Origin: Anaerolineaceae bacterium
GTDB taxonomy: Bacteria; Chloroflexota; Anaerolineae; Anaerolineales; Anaerolineaceae
DNA: 64,000 nt
Direction of reading: 5' to 3'
Assembly: GCA_016841365.1 (NCBI GenBank)
Contig: JAENZI010000001.1
Span: 379,639 to 443,638, forward strand
The notes below the pieces were generated by a model. The model was not told where the DNA came from, searched no databases, and was given only the letters and a program-made list of their open reading frames with translations. The number at the start of each line of letters is the position of its first letter. Position 1 is the first letter of the stretch. The position numbers and the translations under genes are program-made. This document shows positions 56,720-64,000 of this stretch, in pieces.

Positions 56720-57706
56720 TTAACTATCTCTTTTGACCCCTTCATAAAGACCCAGCTTAAAGCTCAATACGACTGCCCCGTAAACCCCAATAAAAATGGT
56801 ACACGCCTTGACGATCAGGTCTTCAACTAATGTCGAATCCTCCAGGTTGATCAGCTCAAGGATCCCGTCAAAAGCTAACATCGTCAAAAAGAAAAAACTG
56901 ACTCCGAGAAGTGCTCGAATGGCTCGCTTCCACCAAATTGCCCTGTCATCCGGGTCGCCGTCATATTTCGAATGCACCATAATTGAAACTGCATTTATTC
57001 CCAATAAATAACCTGCTCCAGTCCCGAAAATATCCGGGGCTGCCAAACCCAGCACCAGTGGAACGCCAAACATGAAGATCAAGCGGAGGACATTCGGTAG
57101 CTTATCCTGCAAATTCCAACGTTCTATCAAAAGGTATGTGATCAATAATATAATTCCTCCTGATATTATTCCGCCAAGAACATCTGCTAAGAAATGTCGC
57201 CCTAGATATACCCGGGAAATTGCCACAAAGATGGTCAAGACCGCTGCTAACATGTATAATGCACGCTTCTTAAAAACTTGTGCCAACCCGCCCCAAAGCA
57301 CCGTCGTTGTTGAAACATGTCCCGATGGGAATCCATACTCACTGGATCCGTCTGAGCGGAAGACTTCAACCACTTTAGGATCCAATCTGACGAAAAACGA
57401 ATTAGCGCCAGGGCTTGTTAATGATGATGGAGGTTTGTCCTCGAATTGCAGGTTCTGAATATTGCTATTCACAAACCTTGGCCGCGGCAGTTTGAATCCG
57501 GCTTTCAGGGAATCATTAAGCATTAGCCCCCAGAAAAACATCTGGTTTAAGAATATCCCTTTCTTAAAGCTGATCCCCACGATAATTATCAGCAGAAAAA
57601 TCCCAAAGAATTTATCATCGCCGAAACTAGTGATCGTACGCATCAAGCTGGTCAGCACGTCGGAAGAAAATGATTGTAGGAAAAGAATTAGTTCTGTTTG
57701 GAACAT
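56720..57706 (-). CDS. PAP2 family membrane phosphatase
   Basis: K......RP, FPSGH and SRVYLGRH motifs. Confidence 0.88.
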   Translation of the reverse strand: MFQTELILFLQSFSSDVLTSLMRTITSFGDDKFFGIFLLIIIVGISFKKGIFLNQMFFWGLMLNDSLKAGFKLPRPRFVNSNIQNLQFEDKPPSSLTSPGANSFFVRLDPKVVEVFRSDGSSEYGFPSGHVSTTTVLWGGLAQVFKKRALYMLAAVLTIFVAISRVYLGRHFLADVLGGIISGGIILLITYLLIERWNLQDKLPNVLRLIFMFGVPLVLGLAAPDIFGTGAGYLLGINAVSIMVHSKYDGDPDDRAIWWKRAIRALLGVSFFFLTMLAFDGILELINLEDSTLVEDLIVKACTIFIGVYGAVVLSFKLGLYEGVKRDS

Positions 57707-57877
57707 TATTTACCGCCTTCTTTCAGCCATTACACCAGGATGCTTTCAGGAAGCAGTGTACTTGCAAAACTTGAGACAAAATTTTAGTCCATAAAAATTG
57801 ATTAATTCCGAACCGCTCACACCGATTTCTGTTTGTTTACAACACATCATTAAACCGAAGAATTACCAAAACAGCGT

Positions 57878-58525
57878 TTAAATAATTATTTGTCTGGCAA
57901 AAATATCCTGGACTTTTAATAAAAGTGCCATTCCCAATTTTCTATGCCCTTCAACATCAAGATGCACGCCATCAACAGGACTGGGTTTGGTTATTGTTCC
58001 CGCATCTAAAAAATAACAATTCTTGTCTATTGCCACCTTGCTGAAATACTGTCCGAACATCCTGGATTTTTCTTTACCCCCAGCGAATAAGGTATCAAGA
58101 TCAGATCCCGGGTGGGGATCTATTTGGGGAGGGGCAACCAATAACACTTGTGGAGCAGAATTAAATGGCCCGTGTTCACATTGACTGATGATTGTTACTA
58201 ACGCTCCTGCACCCATCGCAATTTCGAAAGCATTCAAAGAAAAATATGACTTCAATTCATTTGACCCTAACATGAGGATGACAAGATCAATCGGTGTATG
58301 AGAATACAGACAGGGGATTAAATAGATCTTCCCGTTTTTTGACTCATAAAAAGGGTCTTCCCGTACTGTTGTCCTGCCTGGCAACCCTTCCTCAATGACT
58401 TTATAAGTCTGACCTAACCCGGATTGTAAAATTCCTGGCCACCTTTGGTCAGGTGGGAATCTGGACATATCATTTGGATTCCAACCCCAGGTGTTTGAGT
58501 CCCCAAAACATAGTATTGTTTTCAT
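57878..58525 (-). CDS. SGNH/GDSL hydrolase (esterase)
   Basis: FGDSNT, GLPGRT, MLGSNE and DGVH motifs. Confidence 0.9.
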   Translation of the reverse strand: MKTILCFGDSNTWGWNPNDMSRFPPDQRWPGILQSGLGQTYKVIEEGLPGRTTVREDPFYESKNGKIYLIPCLYSHTPIDLVILMLGSNELKSYFSLNAFEIAMGAGALVTIISQCEHGPFNSAPQVLLVAPPQIDPHPGSDLDTLFAGGKEKSRMFGQYFSKVAIDKNCYFLDAGTITKPSPVDGVHLDVEGHRKLGMALLLKVQDIFARQIII

Positions 58526-58567
58526 AGTGACTCTTTATTTCTTGTTTAGTCCGTTCACTTGTTTAAT

Positions 58568-60448
58568 CTATGATTGTCTTATCCAAACTTGCATATCGCC
58601 GTAATCTCGATTTCCCCAAGCAAAATATGGAATTGCCAGCATGCTTGTTGATTCTTCGCTAATTTGGTCCGGATGTATGGGCTCATACAAAGCAGCGTTC
58701 TTTGTCAGGGGTTGGTTAATCCTTCTGGTACCTTGCACTTCAATCATTTTTACATGCCCTAATTCCTTGCCAGCATATTTGAAATTGAAGGATGATTTTG
58801 GGGATAACACAAAATTATCTGCCTCAGGCATAAACTCATCAATGTGTTCAAGGCAAAATACAATTGGTCCACTGGTTAATGCGACTCTGTTCGCCAAATG
58901 CTTGATATTCGGATTTGCAATCATTGGTTGAACAGGCATCGGCAAGTTTAATTCGACAACATCGCCAAATTGCCAATGACGATCAACCTTGACATACGAT
59001 TGTGGAACGAGTCGATCTTTCCAAACCTCTCCATTTATGGATAATGATGCGTCAGGATGACACCAGCCTGGTATGCGTAAAAAGAGTGCGAAGGCCGCAC
59101 TATCTGTAATTTTCAAGTGGATATGCCCATCCCAGGGGTAGGATGAAGACAATTCAAATTGAACTTTTGTACCATCAGGTAAATTAGCATCGCAAGTGCT
59201 CTCTGCATACAAATTTACCCACAACCCCTCTTCAGATGTTGTATACAAATACCCAGATAAAGATGCCAAAACCCTCGCAACATTCGGCGGGCAGCAACTA
59301 ATAGCAAACCATGGTTGCCTGCGATGCATGCAATCAGATGCTAATGGGTTTGAATAAAAATAGCTTACACCATCCAAACCTATCCCTGCTAACATTGCAT
59401 TGAACAGTGTTAATTCAAGGTCATTGGCATATTTTGCATCCCCAGTGATTAACAACATACGCCAATCCCAAAATATCTTCCCGATTGCAGCACAGGTCTC
59501 AGCATAAGCTTCTGCATCAGGTAATTCGTAATCAGCCCCAAAAGCCTCCCCATCATCTCTTGAACCGATTCCGCCAGTAACATACACTTGATAATTGGTC
59601 ATATGGTGCCACATAACCTCAAGGGCATTCAGTAAACTTTTGTCGCCTGTTTCTAAATATACATCCGCGATACCTGCGTTTAAATAGACGGCTCTAACCG
59701 CATGGCCGTGCATGCGTTGTAATGCTCTTACTGGCTTGTGATCTTGATAATATTCGCCATAACCTAAATGCCCATGTCCTCGATTGTCAATGAAGCGCAA
59801 TGCCTGAGCCAGATATTGCTTTTCTCCGGTATAACGGAATAACGCAACCAGCGCCAGCTCAATCTCAGGATGCCCGGGTGTGCCATTTGGAAATTTCCTC
59901 GAAGCGCCAAAAGTTTCAACAATCAAGTCCGCGTATCGTATGGCTGCAGTAAGCAATTTGTCATCTCCAGTTGAACGGTGGATAGCAATTGCGGCCTCTA
60001 TCAGATGACCTGCACAATAAAGTTCGTGCTTATCTTTTAAATCTGTCCAGCGAAGAGACTCATTTTCTCCAACAAAATATGCGTTCAAGTAACCATCAGG
60101 CTGCTGAATGGCAATGATTTTGTTCACCACTTCTCCAAGAAGTTTTTTGAGGTCTTCATTCGGAAATTGTGCTAATGAATAGGCAACTGCTTCAAGCCAT
60201 TTGTAGACATCGGATTCATTAAAATATAAGCCCTGGAACGGTTCAGAAAGATCTTTTACCACGCGCTCAAAGTTTGCAATCCGTCCTGTGATTTCAAGTT
60301 GCTGGTATTGCGTTAATAATGTTCTCTCGCTGAGAAGATTAATTCGCGGTGCCCAAAATTTATCCTTCAATCGTACTGAGTCAGGTTTGACCGGAATTAA
60401 TTTCTGATACGGACTTTTATTTTTCTTGTACCTGTAATTGATTTTCAA
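58568..60448 (-). CDS. GH127 beta-L-arabinofuranosidase family protein (cytoplasmic)
   Basis: ESDVYKWLEA, HELYCAGH, GHAVRA, ETCAAIG and SCCPPN (Zn/Cys site) motifs; no signal peptide; TTG start. Confidence 0.88.
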   Translation of the reverse strand: MKINYRYKKNKSPYQKLIPVKPDSVRLKDKFWAPRINLLSERTLLTQYQQLEITGRIANFERVVKDLSEPFQGLYFNESDVYKWLEAVAYSLAQFPNEDLKKLLGEVVNKIIAIQQPDGYLNAYFVGENESLRWTDLKDKHELYCAGHLIEAAIAIHRSTGDDKLLTAAIRYADLIVETFGASRKFPNGTPGHPEIELALVALFRYTGEKQYLAQALRFIDNRGHGHLGYGEYYQDHKPVRALQRMHGHAVRAVYLNAGIADVYLETGDKSLLNALEVMWHHMTNYQVYVTGGIGSRDDGEAFGADYELPDAEAYAETCAAIGKIFWDWRMLLITGDAKYANDLELTLFNAMLAGIGLDGVSYFYSNPLASDCMHRRQPWFAISCCPPNVARVLASLSGYLYTTSEEGLWVNLYAESTCDANLPDGTKVQFELSSSYPWDGHIHLKITDSAAFALFLRIPGWCHPDASLSINGEVWKDRLVPQSYVKVDRHWQFGDVVELNLPMPVQPMIANPNIKHLANRVALTSGPIVFCLEHIDEFMPEADNFVLSPKSSFNFKYAGKELGHVKMIEVQGTRRINQPLTKNAALYEPIHPDQISEESTSMLAIPYFAWGNRDYGDMQVWIRQS

Positions 60449-60480
60449 TTTTCCGCCAAATAAATTATTAGTTGGTTAAA

Positions 60481-61263
60481 CTACATAAGAGCTTTAACTG
60501 TTTTCGTTTCTTTTTTAGAGTGATTTCCCTTAATGATGATATTTTCAAGGTCTTCAAGTGTGGTCGTTTTGACATCTATGATTCCTTGGCTCTCTCCTCC
60601 CTTTAAGACCATAACCCGATCACCAACAGCTAAGACGTCCGTCAATCTATGGGTGATCAATATGATTCCTAACCCTTGATCTCTGAGATGTGTAACCAGC
60701 TCTAACAACCGACCTGATTCCTGAACACCGAGGGCAGCCGATGGTTCATCCATTATCATAATTTTTGCATCAAAACCAATAGCCCGTGCGATTGCCACCA
60801 TCTGCCGCTGTCCACCAGACATTCGCTCCACAAGCAAGCGCGATGAAACAATATTAATTTTTAATCGCTCAATGAGTTCGTCGGTTTCGTTATACATTCG
60901 GCTCTTGTTGAGGAATAGACCACCTAAAAAGGCATTTGTGTGTTCTCGCCCTGCATACACATTAGCAGCGACATCCAAATTTGGAAATAAGGCAAGATCT
61001 TGATAGACCATGGCGATCCCTGCTTGTTGCGCGTCAGCCGGGCTTCGAAATAGCATTTGGTTCCCGTTAATCACGATGTCTCCCTGATCGGGAATTACTG
61101 CTCCATAAAGGATCTTCATCAAAGTTGATTTCCCGGCAGCATTATCGCCAACCAAACCTAAAACCTCGCCTGGCTTTAATTCCAGATTTACATTTTTTAG
61201 TGCTTGAATATTTCCAAATTTCTTAGAAATGTTTCTCATCTCAACAATATATGGATTATTCAT
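60481..61263 (-). CDS. Sugar ABC transporter ATPase (single domain, CUT2 type)
   Basis: GDNAAGKST, MSGGQRQ and MDEPSAALG motifs. Confidence 0.9.
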   Translation of the reverse strand: MNNPYIVEMRNISKKFGNIQALKNVNLELKPGEVLGLVGDNAAGKSTLMKILYGAVIPDQGDIVINGNQMLFRSPADAQQAGIAMVYQDLALFPNLDVAANVYAGREHTNAFLGGLFLNKSRMYNETDELIERLKINIVSSRLLVERMSGGQRQMVAIARAIGFDAKIMIMDEPSAALGVQESGRLLELVTHLRDQGLGIILITHRLTDVLAVGDRVMVLKGGESQGIIDVKTTTLEDLENIIIKGNHSKKETKTVKALM

Positions 61264-61286
61264 CGCGTCTCTTTCGCTGAATGCTT

Positions 61287-61318
61287 AAAAAGGGATAACA
61301 ATTTTGTTATCCCTTTTT
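61287..61318. terminator. Intra-operon hairpin after the binding-protein gene
   Basis: aaaaagggataacaa-tt-ttgttatcccttttt. Confidence 0.7.
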
Positions 61319-61329
61319 CTCGGGTCGGA

Positions 61330-62367
61330 TTAATTGAAATATTCTGAGTCTATTTGTTGCTTGAGTACTTCCCAGTTGGATTTCATGGTATCCATATAAG
61401 AATCGACATTCTCTGCGTCAATGATTGTAACTCCCGTATCAATGAATTTCTGGGTGGGCATTTTTCCTTCGTTCATCAGATAGTTTAAGTAAACCATCAT
61501 ATAGCCTTGCCCAAAAGGTTGCTGTGCTACCGAGAAGGTAATTACACCCTTTCGAATGCCTTCCAGAACCTCGGGGGAGTCATCGTAGGCCGTCACAATA
61601 ATATCGTCTCTACCAGCGGCCGGGAACACCGAAACCGGACCGACAGCCTGATACTGACCGGTGGCAATATATGCATTCATCTCAGGATAGGTTGATATCG
61701 CATTTTCAGCACATGCTACCGTACCAGTTGGGTTGTCACAATCATTCAATACGCCAATGATCTTGATGTCCGGGTAATTAGCAGTGATGTAATCTGAAAA
61801 AGCTAATTCGCGTTCTTTTTGACCCGCATCGGGTTGTTGGGTAGCAATTACAACATTTCCTTTGCCCCCTAACATTGTAGCCACTTTCTCTGCAATCATT
61901 GCACCCGCAGCTTTGAAATCGGTGGAGTAACAAAGTGCAGATATATTGTTCTCGGCGCGTCGATCCCATTCGGCCGGATCTGTTCCACAACCGCTCATCT
62001 GGTGTGCAACAATCCCCATTTCGTTTGCCGTTTGTAGAACAGTCTCTACCGATCCGGGGTCTGCGGCCATTACTGAAAGGCCTTTTACACACGGAATAGA
62101 AAGTGAGGATTCTGCCAATTCAACCTGTTTATTTACATTGAAATCCGCGGACGAAAGCCACATCAACTCTACGCCCAGATCTTTAGCAGCTTGTTCGGCA
62201 CCTTGATTCATGATCGTCAGGTATGGATGCACCAAAGGCATAGCAATTACGTAGCGGTCTTGCGCGCATGTGGTCTCTGGTTCGTCCGCTGTTTCTGCCT
62301 GGCCACAAGCGGTCAGTAGAAATACTGCTAACATAGCCAGGGATAACCATTTGAAAATTCGTTTCAT
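61330..62367 (-). CDS. Sugar ABC transporter substrate-binding lipoprotein (RbsB-like)
   Basis: Lipobox LLTAC; periplasmic binding protein fold motifs (YDDSPE, QQPFGQG). Start moved to ATG 62367 (SD aggag). Confidence 0.88.
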   Translation of the reverse strand: MKRIFKWLSLAMLAVFLLTACGQAETADEPETTCAQDRYVIAMPLVHPYLTIMNQGAEQAAKDLGVELMWLSSADFNVNKQVELAESSLSIPCVKGLSVMAADPGSVETVLQTANEMGIVAHQMSGCGTDPAEWDRRAENNISALCYSTDFKAAGAMIAEKVATMLGGKGNVVIATQQPDAGQKERELAFSDYITANYPDIKIIGVLNDCDNPTGTVACAENAISTYPEMNAYIATGQYQAVGPVSVFPAAGRDDIIVTAYDDSPEVLEGIRKGVITFSVAQQPFGQGYMMVYLNYLMNEGKMPTQKFIDTGVTIIDAENVDSYMDTMKSNWEVLKQQIDSEYFN

Positions 62368-62463
62368 GACCTTTTCTCCTTTTATTTTTGCTTGATGTTC
62401 TTTTAGTATTAAAAACACGCTTATCACAAAAACGAAATCTGAATTTTCCTCCTTTCACTATTA

Positions 62464-63513
62464 CTAGCGATCTTTTCCAATGATGATTTTCCATGTAAGT
62501 AGCCCACGTCGGAATTGATCAATGATTAACGCAACAACAACGAGTGCTCCTTGCGCAACATCCTGTAAAAAAAGGTCCACTTGCAATATAGCGAGAGAAT
62601 TTCTCACGATCCCCATAATTGATGCACCTATGAGTGTTCCAAGCATGGAACCTACCCCCCCAGAAGTTAACGTGCCGCCAATAATCGTTGCCGTTACAAC
62701 AGGAAATAGAAGATCGGAGCCAATGGATGGAATACTTGCCCCTGTACGCCCAACAGCCACCAAGCCACCAAGAGCCGATAAAAACCCACTGATCATGTAA
62801 ATGTTGACGCGAATTTTTTCAATCTTTAAGCCAAGTGAAATCGCCACATCTGTATTTCCCCCAATCATGAAAACCCTCCGACCAAACAGTGTTTTGGTGA
62901 GTAATATTTGCATCAAGAAAGTTACTAATAACATGATCAAAACAGGCGCAGGAATAAAGAAAAGATTGCCCTTTCCAAGCCACAAGAATGTTTCTGGCAA
63001 TCCTGTTACCGGGTCTCCTCTGCTTGCAAAGAATGATAGCCCTAAAAAAATTGTAGATGTAGCTAACGTCATGACAAATGGATGCAAACGTAAGCGTGCA
63101 GCCAACATGCCGTTGAAATACCCACAAGCGATACCAATCAGCAGTCCCAAAGAAATCGCTAATAAGGGACTGAATCCCCATCGTTGCCAAGCAATTGCTG
63201 AGACCATAGAGGCCAAACCTGCTATGGCACCTTGTGATAAATCAAACGCCCCTGAGATGATGACCAAGGTCTGTCCCATACCTAAAATGGACGCTACGGA
63301 TATTTGTTTTAAAATAACAGTGAGGTTATAGGGGGTCCTAAATGGGGGAGAAACCGCGACCATGACCAGAAAAAAGATTGTTAATGCAACGAATACCCCT
63401 GACTCATTTGCGCGAAAAATTGTTTTAAGACCACTTACAAAACGCTGTCTGATCGATTGCCACCACCTATTGGTAAAGATTTTATGCAATGAGGTATCTT
63501 TTGAATCGCCCAT
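62464..63513 (-). CDS. Sugar ABC transporter permease (RbsC-like)
   Basis: GQTLVIISGAFDLS, PFVMTLA and IIGGT..SGGVGS motifs. Confidence 0.9.
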   Translation of the reverse strand: MGDSKDTSLHKIFTNRWWQSIRQRFVSGLKTIFRANESGVFVALTIFFLVMVAVSPPFRTPYNLTVILKQISVASILGMGQTLVIISGAFDLSQGAIAGLASMVSAIAWQRWGFSPLLAISLGLLIGIACGYFNGMLAARLRLHPFVMTLATSTIFLGLSFFASRGDPVTGLPETFLWLGKGNLFFIPAPVLIMLLVTFLMQILLTKTLFGRRVFMIGGNTDVAISLGLKIEKIRVNIYMISGFLSALGGLVAVGRTGASIPSIGSDLLFPVVTATIIGGTLTSGGVGSMLGTLIGASIMGIVRNSLAILQVDLFLQDVAQGALVVVALIIDQFRRGLLTWKIIIGKDR

Positions 63514-63583
63514 GCTCCCTCCTACAATTATTGAAAGTAGTCTGTTAAATGAGCCGACTTGCGGCTATTGGCTATCTTGCCAA

Positions 63584-64000
63584 TTAAATGGATGAGACAC
63601 TATTCCTTTGCACGATTGTGCTACGCATTTTCTTTTGAAATGGTTTTTCTTTTTTACGATTGTTGATCATTTTGATCAGATGCAAAACGGATTGTTGCCC
63701 CATCTCGTAATAAGGCAATCGAACCGTTGTCAAAGGAGGGTTAAGATAGCTGGCGATTTCCTGATCGTCATAGCCAACGATCGAAATATCATTAGGGATT
63801 TGCAAACCCATGCTGTGGACCGCCTCATACGCTCCTAAAGCAATGAGATCATTTCCACAAAACAAAGCCGTAGGTGGGTTAGGGATAGACAAAAGTTCTT
63901 TTGTGTGTCGATAGCCACTATCAGGACGCCAGTTGCCATCACGAACAATGTCTGGATCATATGAGATACCCGCTTTAGCTAACGCTTTTTTATATCCCAC
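63584..64000 (-). CDS. LacI-family regulator, C-terminal part (truncated by the window edge)
   Basis: PTALFCGND, IPNDISIVGYDD and PPLTTV motifs. Confidence 0.88.
   Translation of the reverse strand: MGYKKALAKAGISYDPDIVRDGNWRPDSGYRHTKELLSIPNPPTALFCGNDLIALGAYEAVHSMGLQIPNDISIVGYDDQEIASYLNPPLTTVRLPYYEMGQQSVLHLIKMINNRKKEKPFQKKMRSTIVQRNSVSSI

Noticed and set aside
73-63838. Many 60-200 aa ORFs overlapping or antisense to the called genes
   Set aside because: Shadow ORFs of real genes; none has an SD plus a recognisable domain.

Overview
Ordinary chromosomal window of a bacterium whose gene content suggests Anaerolineae (Chloroflexota). This is inferred from the Thr/Pro-rich acidic lipoproteins and a GAAC-N4-GTTC SOS box, not from a marker search. 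I found no CRISPR array, rRNA, transposase or integrase. Housekeeping genes include rplY, fmt, glpK, mutS, alaS, dnaX-ybaB-recR, era, ogt and one CAT-anticodon tRNA. The main discovery is a 13.5-kb catabolic module (7490-21069) made of two convergent operons that carry near-identical promoters, each with tandem LacI/PurR-type operators. Together they encode a LacI regulator, a LIV-type amino-acid ABC transporter, two paralogous ATC-hydrolase-family proteins, two DhaK/DhaL pairs (no DhaM), a methionine-gamma-lyase-like enzyme lacking the signature Cys, and a divergent ProC-like oxidoreductase. This looks like an undescribed pathway for an amino acid-sugar conjugate, for example a cysteine-derived thiazolidine. 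Other highlights: a perfect sigma70 promoter with a LexA box in its spacer driving an uncharacterised multi-pass membrane protein, a GlyA-GcvT fusion with an internal degenerate GcvT duplication, an unannotated 28-aa hydrophobic peptide gene, a Cys/acidic repeat insertion in a large secreted protein, and an AT-richer GH127/sugar-ABC block downstream of the tRNA. All family calls come from motif recognition by eye; no database search was run.
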